From assembly GCA_021807065.1 (NCBI GenBank), contig JAKAPO010000001.1, positions 1 through 38,856 of the forward strand: a stretch of 38,856 nt of DNA. Direction: 5' to 3'. The position numbers and the translations under genes are program-made. Origin of the DNA: a bacterium. Its GTDB lineage: Bacteria; Vulcanimicrobiota; Vulcanimicrobiia; Vulcanimicrobiales; Vulcanimicrobiaceae. This document shows, one piece after another, positions 16,927-25,436 of the stretch (position 1 is the stretch's first letter; every line of letters starts with the position of its first letter). The notes under the pieces were generated by a model. The model had not been told where the DNA came from. It searched no databases and saw only the letters and a program-made list of their open reading frames with translations.

Positions 16927-17328
16927 TTAAGAAAGCGTTGACGCTTTGCGCGGCTCCAGAAGCTCGACCGGGATACCGTTGGGGTCCTCGACGAACGCGA
17001 TGGCGCGCGTTCCGCTCGGCGACTTGTAGACATCCTTGAGCACTTTCACGCCTTTGCCTTTGAGATTCTCTACATAGGACTTCAGGTCGCCGTCGGCTTC
17101 GATCGCAAGGTGTTCGTAACGGTTGCCAAGTTGATATGGCGGGTGCTCCTCCAAATCGTAGACCAGCTCGACGTACGAGTTCCAGTCGTTGCCGACGAAC
17201 GCCATGTCGGCGTTACCCGGATAATGAAAGGGGCCGTCCAGTAGCTTCAACCCGAGTTTGTCCCGATAGAACGCGATCGACTCGTTCATGTCGTTTACGA
17301 AGATCGACGTATGCAAGAATCGAGGCAT
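16927..17328 (-). CDS. VOC family protein / glyoxalase I (lactoylglutathione lyase-like)
   Basis: 133 aa. FLHTSIFVNDMNESIAFYRDKLGLKL ... YEHLAIEADG ... AFVEDPNGIPVELLE, a typical glyoxalase/bleomycin-resistance fold. Confidence 0.8.
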   Translation of the reverse strand: MPRFLHTSIFVNDMNESIAFYRDKLGLKLLDGPFHYPGNADMAFVGNDWNSYVELVYDLEEHPPYQLGNRYEHLAIEADGDLKSYVENLKGKGVKVLKDVYKSPSGTRAIAFVEDPNGIPVELLEPRKASTLS

Positions 17329-17492
17329 AGGATCGTAGAGTACCCACAGTCGAGCGAAACTCCCTTTGTTCCTTCAGCTACAGGATCCAAAGCAACGCGC
17401 TTCTATTTTTGGGGCAATGTATCGCAGCAGGCTGCGTCGGTTCTACATCGGGTAAGCCGGGTATCTTCCTTCCCCGACTTGGGCAAGGATGA

Positions 17493-17760
17493 TTCAGGGA
17501 ACTCGTGTTGTCGGCGTATGGAAACCAGTGTGCGGTGACGGGAGAGAAAGCGATTCCGGCCGTCGACCCGGCGCACATCGTCGATTTTCCGAGACAGTGC
17601 CGTCACGAACTCTCAAATTGGTATCGCGCTACGTGCCGATATCCACAGGCTGTTCGGTCCCGGCTATGTCTCGATCCGACCGGATGACCGTTTCGTCGTG
17701 AGCAAAGCACTTTGTGAAGAGTTTGACAACGGCAGGGCGTACGACGACCTGCAGCGGGAG
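17493..17760 (+). pseudogene. HNH endonuclease (HNH_2/restriction-type) remnant, frameshifted and truncated
   Basis: Frame 0 reads FRELVLSAYGNQCAVTGEKAIPAVDPAHIV..HELSN. After one extra T near 17618-17619, frame 1 continues GIALRADIHRLFGPGYVSIRPDDRFVVSKALCEEFDNGRAYDDL. A stop (TGA 17490) lies immediately upstream of FRELV, so there is no intact N-terminus. The 3' end runs into the purH stop. Confidence 0.65.
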
Positions 17761-19296
17761 TTAGTGCAGGAAGTGGCGGTGCGAGGAGAAGACCAGCGCG
17801 ATACCGGCACGGTCGGCCGCGCCGATCACCTCTTCGTCGCGTATCGAACCACGCGGAGCGATGACGGCGCTGCAACCGGCGGCAATCGCGGCCTCCAGCC
17901 CATCCACGAACGGAAAGAATCCGTCGCTTGCGAGCGCCGCGCCGCGCGCGCGTTCGCCGGCACGGCACGCCGCGATTTCCACCGCACTGACGCGGTTCGT
18001 CTGCCCCGCGCAGATGCCGCGCGTAACGCCGCCGTTAACTACGACGATGCCGTTGGATTTTACGTGGCGCACGATGTCCCAGGCAAACCGAAGGTCGCGC
18101 CACTCGCTTTCGTTTGGCTCGCGGCGTGACGCGACACGCAACGTTTCGGGTTCGGCCGTAGGATCGGGCTCCTCGACGAGCACTCCGCCCAGAGCGCTGC
18201 GCAGGCTTCGCTCCGACGCCAACCGCTGTGGAAGTTCTCGTGAAAAACGCATGACGCGCAGATTGCGCTTCTTGCGCAACGCCGAGAGTGCCGCATCATC
18301 GAAATCTGAGGCGGCGACGATCTCCAGGAAGACTTGCGCCAGTAGCTCTGCAGCAGGGCCGTCGAGCATTGTATCGGTCGCAAGGATTCCGCCGTAGGCG
18401 GAGATGCGATCCGCGTCGAGCGCTTCACGGACTGCGTCCGCTACGGTCGCACGCTGGGCAACGCCACACGGGATCGTATGCTTGACGACCGCTGCGCGAA
18501 CGCTTGCGTCATCTTGCGAAAACCCCGAGCGCGACAGCAAACGCAGCGTTGCATCCAGATCGAGTAGGTTGTTGTATGAAAGCGCCTTCCCGTGAAGTTG
18601 CTCGGGCACGAGTTCTCCATCGGGCGCGTAGAACGCGCCGCGTTCTTGCGGGTTTTCACCATAGCGCAACGCGGAACGCAGGGGGAGCGACAATGCGAGC
18701 GTTTGGCGTGAGGCGCTTGCCTCGACGTCGGACGCGCCTTCGCGCCTCCTCGCTCGGTATGACACGCTGACACGTTCGGCGTTCGCTATGTCGTATGCAC
18801 CGGTGTGTTGCAGCGCGGCCGCAGCGAGGCGCTTGCGGTACTCGAGCGACGGTCCGTCTCCTCCCAGGGCCGCGATGAACTCGGCGTACTGTGATGGATG
18901 GCAGAGCACGCATACGTGCGCGTGGTTCTTTGCCGCGGCGCGAAGCAGTGCAACGCCGCCGATGTCGATCTCCGGCGGCGAATAGAGCGTTACTGCGACA
19001 ACGTCGATGGGCGCGATCTTGCGCCGCCGAGCTTCGTCGCGCTGCTCGGGCGAATCGCGGTCGAACAGAATCGCGCCGAGAATATTGGGATGCAGCGTCT
19101 TCACGCGCCCGCCGAAGAGTGGCGAGAAACCGGTGAGTCTCTCAACGTCACGCACCTCGATGCCTCGCGCTGCAAGAAATCCTCGCGTGCCGCTGGTCGC
19201 GAAGATCACGAATCCGTGATCGCGGAGCGCGCGTGCAAGATTGTCGGCTCCCGTCGTATCGGAAAGCGAGACGAGGGCGCGCCGGGCAACAGTCAC
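17761..19296 (-). CDS. purH: Bifunctional AICAR transformylase / IMP cyclohydrolase
   Basis: N-terminal MGS-like domain (ALVSLSDTTG, GGRVKTLHP), AICARFT domain, canonical C-terminus ..HRHFLH. GTG start at 19296. Confidence 0.95.
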   Translation of the reverse strand: MTVARRALVSLSDTTGADNLARALRDHGFVIFATSGTRGFLAARGIEVRDVERLTGFSPLFGGRVKTLHPNILGAILFDRDSPEQRDEARRRKIAPIDVVAVTLYSPPEIDIGGVALLRAAAKNHAHVCVLCHPSQYAEFIAALGGDGPSLEYRKRLAAAALQHTGAYDIANAERVSVSYRARRREGASDVEASASRQTLALSLPLRSALRYGENPQERGAFYAPDGELVPEQLHGKALSYNNLLDLDATLRLLSRSGFSQDDASVRAAVVKHTIPCGVAQRATVADAVREALDADRISAYGGILATDTMLDGPAAELLAQVFLEIVAASDFDDAALSALRKKRNLRVMRFSRELPQRLASERSLRSALGGVLVEEPDPTAEPETLRVASRREPNESEWRDLRFAWDIVRHVKSNGIVVVNGGVTRGICAGQTNRVSAVEIAACRAGERARGAALASDGFFPFVDGLEAAIAAGCSAVIAPRGSIRDEEVIGAADRAGIALVFSSHRHFLH

Positions 19297-19376
19297 CTGG
19301 CAGTCCTTCGACTTCGCTCGCTGCGTCCGCTACGTTCAGGATGACACAATGTGTCGCTGCGCTCGGGATGACGCGG
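19297..19376 (-). repeat. REP-like composite repeat filling the smc-purH intergenic spacer
   Basis: The minus strand reads CCGC-GTCATCCCGAGCGCAGCGACACATTGT-GTCATCCTGAACGTAGCGGACGCAGCGAGCGAAGTCGAAGGAC. It shares an exact 14-mer GTCATCCCGAGCGC and the second unit GTCATCCYGAACG..GGACGCA with 16074..16170. Confidence 0.55.
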
Positions 19377-22300
19377 CTACGCGAGGGCGGGGGCACGTTC
19401 GGGCTCGGCGGTGGCGAGCTCCGCCGAGATGATCGAGCTTACTCCCGATTCGCCCATCGTCACGCCGTACAGCCGGGTGGCAAGCTCCATCGTCTTCTTG
19501 TTGTGGGTGACGATGACCGTGTCGGAGTCGCCGGAGAGCTCGCGTACCATCGCTTTGAAGCGCTCGACGTTCGCGTCGTCCAGCGCGGCATCGACTTCGT
19601 CGAGCAGGTAGAACGGCGACGGCTTCACGGTGATGAGCGCGAAGATCAGCGCGGCGGCCGTCATCGCCTGTTCGCCGCCGGAGAGCGCCGGCAGAGGCAT
19701 CTGCTTCTTCCCCGGTGGTTGTACCGCGATCTCGATGCCGGTCTCCGACAAATTCTCCGGATTCGTCTGCCACATCCGCGCGATACCGCCTTCGAACAGA
19801 CGCGCGTAAACCTTGGAGAACTCCTTCGCGACGCGATCGAACGTATCGTTGAACTGCGCTTGCGTCTGCTGCTCGATTTCCTTGATCGACGCGAGCAGCG
19901 TCTCGCGTGCCTTCGAGAGATCGTCGAGCTGTGCGCGCAGGAATCGCTCGCGCTCGGCCACCTCCTCCCGCTCTGCCTCCGCATTGAGATTGACATTAGC
20001 GGAGAGACGCGCCAGCTCGTCGCGTAGCCGTGGTAGCTCCTCCACGATGCCGTCGGGCTCGTCGCGATAACGTCTCTCGACGTCGCGGCACTCCTCGTCG
20101 GTCGCGGGATTCTGCGCGAACTGCGACACGATCATCCCAAGTTCGGCCTCGATTTGCGTGAGCCGCGTATGCGCGCTCTCGCCTTCGCTGGAAATTCGTC
20201 GTTCCTCGCTCTCGGCGACGTGCAGCTCGCCTTCAAGCGAAGTCTGGCGGTCGATAAACGTCTCGCGCTCACGACGCGCCAGATCGACCTGCGCGTCGAC
20301 CTCGATGACGCCTCGCCGCAACCCTTCGATACGTTCGTGCAGTCCGCGTGTCAGGTCGGTAAGCGAGCCGATTTCTGCAAGCATGCGTTCGCGAGCGGCG
20401 CGAGCCCGCTCGTGATCTTGATCGAGCATCCCGAGACGAGCCGAGGCTGCATTGCGCTGCGCTGCAATCGCCGCGCTGCGCTCGCGAATCGCCGCAGCCG
20501 CGGCGATCTCGCGCGATTGCGACTCCTCCGCGCGCGCGATCTCCTCCCGCGCTCGCGCGAGCTCCGCTTCCAGCCGGTGACGCTCACCCTCGCCGCGATC
20601 GCCAATCCCGTCCGTGGACTCGTACTCGCGCTGGCGCGCCTGCGCGTCCTCGAGGCGCGCCAGCGACGTCTGCACCGTCTGCGCTGCCTGTTCGGCCTCA
20701 CGGTGCAGACGCTCGACTTCGGCGTTGCGCGCCACAGCCTCGGCGCGCACTTCGGCAAGCCGCAATTCCTCGCCGGCAAGAATCTCTCGCGTCGCGTCGC
20801 GCTTGGCGCCCGCTTCCTCATCGTGCGCGCTTTCGGTTTGCACTCGCGTTTCATACTCTACGAGCTGCGCTTGCAAACCCGGCAACTGCCGGCGTAGGTG
20901 AGCCGCCTGCGCTCGCCGCGAAAGAATGGATCGTTCGCGCGCGAAGCGTCCGCCGCTGATGGTGCGTCCGCCGGCAACCATTTCGCCCGAGAGCGCCACC
21001 ACGATACCCATGAAGTTCCGCTCGCGAACGATGCGCAACGCCGTGTGGAGGGTGTCGACCACGAGCACGTCGCCCACCAAGTACTGCACGAGCGGAGCGT
21101 ATTGCGCTTCGCAGCGAATGAGGTCCGGCGCATATCCGACGACCCCGGGCTCGCGCAAGAAAGCGGCGCGATCCGCCGTCTGCGCTGGAACGTGCGATGC
21201 AAGTTTTTCGAGTGGCATGAACGTGGCCCGGCCCAGTTCGGTGCGATTGAGGTACTCGATCGCCCGTTCTGCGTCGGCAGCAGTGCGGGTAACGACATTG
21301 GAGAGCCGTGCGCCGAATGCGACATCCATCGCACACGCGTAACGCTCCTCGATCGTGATGAGATTGGCGACGACGCCGTCGATGCCGCGCAGCTCCCCAC
21401 GTTGCGATGCTTCGATCACGGCCCGCGTTCCGGGTACGTGACCCTCGAGGGCGTTTTCGAGTTCTTCGACCGTATGCAGGCGCGACTCGGCGGCCGTCAC
21501 CTCGGCAACGTGCTCGCGATGCAACGTCTGCGCTCGCAGCAAGTCGGCATGAGCCTCTCTCGCTTCGCGCTCGGCGGCATCAAGCGCATCGCGAAAGTCG
21601 GAAACGCGACCCTCGAGCTCGCCAGCGCGTGCGGTGCTTTGCCTGTAGCGCTGGGCAGCAGCTCCCTCCGCGAGCGCGACCGCCGCCGCGTGCTCGCGAG
21701 CTGCATGAAGTTCGGCTTCGACCCGCTCAACCTCCGCGCGGATGTTCTCGCTCTGCACGCGACGCTCGGCGCGGCGTGCAGCGCGCTCGGCTGCATCCGC
21801 TTCGACCGCGCGCAACTGCGTGAAGATCGCATCGAGCCTGCCGCGGGCCTCGGTCAGCGAGGCAAGCGCCGCTGTTTCGCGCTCGCGCGCCCGCGACGTT
21901 TCGCGCTCGAGCGGCACGAGCTGATCGTCGAGCGACGCGATCGACCGTTCGAGCGAAGCGCGCTCTTGCGCGACGCGCTCGACGTCATGCGTGGTCTGCG
22001 TCGATTGCGCTTCCAGTGCCTCGCGGCGCGCGAGCGTTGCCGCATACTCCGTCTCTACACTCGCCAACTCGGCGCGGCGGCTTTGCGCCTGCGAGCGAAA
22101 CTCTTCGAGTTGCAACTCCTGCCGGTAGAGCTGCGTGCGCGTATCGGCAAGATTCGCACCGAGCGTTGCAACCCTCGCGGCTGCAACTGCCCGGCGCTCG
22201 TCGTTCCCTTTCATCGATTCGCGCAGCGTCTCGCGCTCCCGCCGCCGCGACTCGCTCGCACGCAGGTACGACAAGATCTCCAGATCGCGGACGCGGGCGC

Positions 22301-22958
22301 TTACACGGCGATAGCGTTTCGCGCGCCGCACCTGCGTCTCGAGTTCCGGAATTCGCCGCTCTGTCTCCGCGACGAGATCGCTGATGCGAATGGCGTTGGC
22401 CTCGGTCTGCTCGAGCCGGCGCAGCGACTCGTGCTTGCGCGCGAGAAACTTGCTGATTCCGGCGGCCTCTTCGAAGAGTTCGCGGCGTTCCACCGGACGG
22501 CTGCGCAGCACCGCGTCGATCTCTCCCTGCGAGACGATCGCATATGAGCCGGGCCCCAACCCCGTCCCCATCAACAGATCGAGCACGTCCCGCAACCGAA
22601 CCTGTGTGCGATTGATAAAATACTCGCTCTCGCCCGCGCGATAGGCTCGCCGCGTGATCTCGACTTCGGCGAAGTCGATGGGAAGCGCGCGATCCTCGTT
22701 ATCGAACGCCACCGAGACTTCGGCGAGGCCGAGCGGCTTACGCTGTTCGTTGCCGGCGAAAATCACGTCCTCGAGCTTGTTCGATCGGAGCGAGCGGGTC
22801 GACGTCTCACCGAGCACCCAGCGAAATGCGTCGACGATATTCGATTTGCCGGAACCGTTTGGCCCAACGATTGCGGTGATGCCGCCGCTGCCGAACTCGA
22901 TCGTCGTCGGTTCGGCAAACGTCTTGAATCCGAACGCCTTGATCCTTTTGAGTTTCAC
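19377..22958 (-). CDS. smc: Chromosome segregation protein SMC
   Basis: 1193 aa. N-terminal Walker A GPNGSGKSN, long Ala/Glu/Arg coiled coils, central hinge, C-terminal LSGGEQAMTAAALIFA signature and FYLLDEVDAALD Walker B. Confidence 0.95.
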   Translation of the reverse strand: MKLKRIKAFGFKTFAEPTTIEFGSGGITAIVGPNGSGKSNIVDAFRWVLGETSTRSLRSNKLEDVIFAGNEQRKPLGLAEVSVAFDNEDRALPIDFAEVEITRRAYRAGESEYFINRTQVRLRDVLDLLMGTGLGPGSYAIVSQGEIDAVLRSRPVERRELFEEAAGISKFLARKHESLRRLEQTEANAIRISDLVAETERRIPELETQVRRAKRYRRVSARVRDLEILSYLRASESRRRERETLRESMKGNDERRAVAAARVATLGANLADTRTQLYRQELQLEEFRSQAQSRRAELASVETEYAATLARREALEAQSTQTTHDVERVAQERASLERSIASLDDQLVPLERETSRARERETAALASLTEARGRLDAIFTQLRAVEADAAERAARRAERRVQSENIRAEVERVEAELHAAREHAAAVALAEGAAAQRYRQSTARAGELEGRVSDFRDALDAAEREAREAHADLLRAQTLHREHVAEVTAAESRLHTVEELENALEGHVPGTRAVIEASQRGELRGIDGVVANLITIEERYACAMDVAFGARLSNVVTRTAADAERAIEYLNRTELGRATFMPLEKLASHVPAQTADRAAFLREPGVVGYAPDLIRCEAQYAPLVQYLVGDVLVVDTLHTALRIVRERNFMGIVVALSGEMVAGGRTISGGRFARERSILSRRAQAAHLRRQLPGLQAQLVEYETRVQTESAHDEEAGAKRDATREILAGEELRLAEVRAEAVARNAEVERLHREAEQAAQTVQTSLARLEDAQARQREYESTDGIGDRGEGERHRLEAELARAREEIARAEESQSREIAAAAAIRERSAAIAAQRNAASARLGMLDQDHERARAARERMLAEIGSLTDLTRGLHERIEGLRRGVIEVDAQVDLARRERETFIDRQTSLEGELHVAESEERRISSEGESAHTRLTQIEAELGMIVSQFAQNPATDEECRDVERRYRDEPDGIVEELPRLRDELARLSANVNLNAEAEREEVAERERFLRAQLDDLSKARETLLASIKEIEQQTQAQFNDTFDRVAKEFSKVYARLFEGGIARMWQTNPENLSETGIEIAVQPPGKKQMPLPALSGGEQAMTAAALIFALITVKPSPFYLLDEVDAALDDANVERFKAMVRELSGDSDTVIVTHNKKTMELATRLYGVTMGESGVSSIISAELATAEPERAPALA

Positions 22959-22973
22959 CGGTCTCCGGTCGCT

Positions 22974-23675
22974 TTACGTTTCACTCGCCTCCAGTCGCTC
23001 CAGCGCCTCTTGGGCCGCGGCTTGCTGGGCAATCTTCTTCGACGAACCACTCCCGCTTCCCAACATCCGTCCCGCGACGATGACGCGCGAGACGAACGAC
23101 GGCTGCTGCGGAGTGCCGCGGTCTTCCTCGCGGTAGACCGGCGTCGCGCCGAGCTGCGCCTGGGCGATATGCTGCAAGCGCGTCTTTGGATCGAGGAGCG
23201 TTCTCGATTCGTGCTCCAATTGTTCGACGTGCTCGCGAAGCACGAAACGCCGCGATCGCTCGATGCCATAGCGCAGATAGAGAGCACCGATGAACGCCTC
23301 GAACGTGTCGGCGAGGATCGATGCGTTCTCCGCACCACCCGTGCCGCGCATTCCCGAGCCGAGCAGCACGAGATTTGAGAAACCGAGGCGGTGGGCGGTA
23401 CGCGCGAGTTGCGCATCGTTGACGATCGACGCCTTGCGCAACGTCAACTCTCCTTCGGGTTCCCGCGGAAAATGTTCGTACAGCCACGCTGCGACGATCG
23501 TCCCGAGAATGGAGTCGCCCAAGAATTCCAGCCGCTCGTTCGACGCGAGGCCGGCCTCGCGGGCGTAACTCTGATGGACGAACGCGCACTCGATCGAGCG
23601 AAGATCGGGCGCGATGCGGACTCCCGCAAGAGCAAGTAAACTGCGCAACCGCCTCCGCCGGTTGACGTCAGCCAC
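22974..23675 (-). CDS. rnc: Ribonuclease III
   Basis: NERLEFLGDSILG signature and C-terminal dsRNA-binding domain (GSGSSKKIAQQAAAQEAL). Confidence 0.93.
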   Translation of the reverse strand: MADVNRRRRLRSLLALAGVRIAPDLRSIECAFVHQSYAREAGLASNERLEFLGDSILGTIVAAWLYEHFPREPEGELTLRKASIVNDAQLARTAHRLGFSNLVLLGSGMRGTGGAENASILADTFEAFIGALYLRYGIERSRRFVLREHVEQLEHESRTLLDPKTRLQHIAQAQLGATPVYREEDRGTPQQPSFVSRVIVAGRMLGSGSGSSKKIAQQAAAQEALERLEASET

Positions 23676-23681
23676 GCCCTC

Positions 23682-24968
23682 TCAGCGTACCTTCCCGAAG
23701 ACGATGACGCAGTTATGTCCACCGAACCCGAAGCCGTTCGAGAGCGCTATGCGTACGCACGCCTGCCGCGCAACATTCGGAACGTAATCGAGGGTGCACT
23801 CGGGATCCGGGTATTCGTAGTTGATCGTAGGCGGCATGACGTCGTTGGAAACGGCGAGCGCCGTAGCGACACCTTCGATCCCGCCCGCAGCGCCGAGCGC
23901 ATGGCCCGTCATCGATTTGGTCGAACTGACGCCGATTCGGTAAGCGTGCTCGCCGAAGTATCGCTCGATGGCCTTAGATTCCGGTGGATCGCCCATCGGC
24001 GTCGAGGTCCCGTGCGCGTTGATGTAGTCTACTTCATTCGGCGAAATCCCGGCACTCTCGCAGGCGCGCTGCAAGGCGAGGTAGATGCCATCGCCTTCGG
24101 GATCGGGCGCAACGATGTCGTACGCGTCCGCGGACTGTCCGTATCCGAGTAGTTCAGCATAGACGTGCGCGCCGCGCGAGCGCGCATGCTCCGCCTCCTC
24201 GAGCAGCAGCACTCCGGATCCTTCGCCGAGGACGAAACCGTCTCGCTCGCGATCGAACGGCCTCGACGCTCGTGCCGGATCATCGTTGCGCGTCGACATC
24301 GCTCGCATCGAACAGAACCCGCCGATTGCGAGGGGTGAGACGACCGCTTCGGTACCACCCGTAATCATCGCAATGCAATCACCGTGCGCCACGAGATTGT
24401 ACGCCGTCGCGATCGCGTCGTTGGCGCTCGCGCACGCACTCGCCGTGGAGAAAAAGGGGCCTTTGAAACCGTAGGTCATCGAGACGTGCGCCGGCGCGGC
24501 GTTGGCCATCAGCATGGGGATGAAGAACGGTGACGCCTTCGCCCAACTCTGCTGCTCGCGAGCGCGTTCGGCTTGATGCCAGAACGTGAGAATTCCACCG
24601 ATCCCAGTACCAATCACTGCACCGACCCGGCGGCACACCTCCGCATCGTCTACCGGAAACTTCGCATCTTCGATCGCCTGCCGCGCCGCGACGAACGCAA
24701 ACTGGGCGAACCGGTCCATACGGCGCGCTTCCTTCTTGCCGATGATCTGCTCGACCCCGAAATCCTTGACCTCGCCAGCAAAGCGCGTCGTAAAATCGCT
24801 CGCGTCGAACGCGGTGATCGGCGCGATGCCCGATTCTCCCGCAACGAGTGCGCGCCAGAAATCGTCGCGCGTGTTGCCGATGGGAGTGACGGCGCCCAAC
24901 CCCGTGACGAAAACCCGTCGCCGGTCCCCCCGCGCCGTGGCGCGCGCATTCTGCTGTAGTGGCTCCAA
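23682..24968 (-). CDS. fabF: 3-oxoacyl-ACP synthase II
   Basis: RRVFVTGLGAVTPIG, active-site Cys region STASACASANDAI, NAHGTSTPMGD, GFGGHNCVIVF. The only in-frame start is TTG 24968. Confidence 0.93.
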   Translation of the reverse strand: MEPLQQNARATARGDRRRVFVTGLGAVTPIGNTRDDFWRALVAGESGIAPITAFDASDFTTRFAGEVKDFGVEQIIGKKEARRMDRFAQFAFVAARQAIEDAKFPVDDAEVCRRVGAVIGTGIGGILTFWHQAERAREQQSWAKASPFFIPMLMANAAPAHVSMTYGFKGPFFSTASACASANDAIATAYNLVAHGDCIAMITGGTEAVVSPLAIGGFCSMRAMSTRNDDPARASRPFDRERDGFVLGEGSGVLLLEEAEHARSRGAHVYAELLGYGQSADAYDIVAPDPEGDGIYLALQRACESAGISPNEVDYINAHGTSTPMGDPPESKAIERYFGEHAYRIGVSSTKSMTGHALGAAGGIEGVATALAVSNDVMPPTINYEYPDPECTLDYVPNVARQACVRIALSNGFGFGGHNCVIVFGKVR

Positions 24969-25138
24969 ACCGGGTGCAAGTTAGAGCGCAGGACGTGTGG
25001 GTCCCTCTCGCGGCCGCTCGCCTCGCGCATCCGGCGCTCGTTGCTCGCTCGACCTCTGCGGCGCTGGAAGGAGCCTCGTGAGCCCTCCACTCTCGCGGCC
25101 GGGACGCCTCCCTCGCTGGACGAACCCTGGCCCCCGTG

Positions 25139-25147
25139 TGGTATACT
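25139..25147 (+). promoter_or_regulatory. Candidate extended -10 promoter element (TGgTATACT) for rpmA
   Basis: TG at 25139-25140, one nt, then TATACT at 25142-25147. Only 9 nt separate the hexamer from ATG 25157, and there is no Shine-Dalgarno sequence in between. A weak -35-like TGGACG lies at 25117-25122. Sequence pattern only. Confidence 0.3.
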
Positions 25148-25156
25148 TCGTCGGCT

Positions 25157-25435
25157 ATGTTCCGCTTCGACCTTCAACTTTTCGCTTCGAAGAAAGGCGC
25201 GGGTTCGACCCGCAACGGCCGCGACTCGAACGCACAGCGTCTGGGCATCAAGAAGTTCGGCGGCGAGCGAGTCAACGCGGGCAATATCATCGTGCGGCAG
25301 CGCGGTACGCAATTTCATCCGGGCGCGAACGTCGGCATCGGCAAGGATCACACCCTTTTCGCGCTGGCAGCTGGGGTCGTCGAATTTGCGAACCGCCGCA
25401 ACCGCAAGCACGTCAACGTTCGCACAGCGGCATAG
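25157..25435 (+). CDS. rpmA: 50S ribosomal protein L27 with N-terminal propeptide
   Basis: [59 protein letters not shown] 25157 gives the 9-aa extension seen in Bacillus-type L27 (MLRLDLQFF-ASKKG). Track start GTG 25136 is an alternative. Confidence 0.9.
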   Translation: MFRFDLQLFASKKGAGSTRNGRDSNAQRLGIKKFGGERVNAGNIIVRQRGTQFHPGANVGIGKDHTLFALAAGVVEFANRRNRKHVNVRTAA

Positions 25436-25436
25436 C

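Noticed and set aside
20898-22547. A 549-aa plus-strand ORF, and other long ORFs antisense to smc.
   Set aside because: It lies entirely antisense to the well-supported smc gene. It is Arg/Ala/Leu-rich and low in complexity, as expected for the open antisense frame of a GC-rich coiled-coil gene, and it has no recognisable motifs.
24969-25156. A structured ribosomal-protein leader (L21-leader-like) in the fabF/rpmA spacer.
   Set aside because: I could not trace a convincing conserved stem-loop architecture by eye. The known L21 leader precedes rplU, which is absent here. The region is kept only as a repeat/operator observation.
25041-25436. The 5' part of the 552-aa ORF that continues into obg.
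   Set aside because: It overlaps rpmA in a different frame and has no Obg-like sequence. The conserved Obg N-terminus begins right after the rpmA stop.
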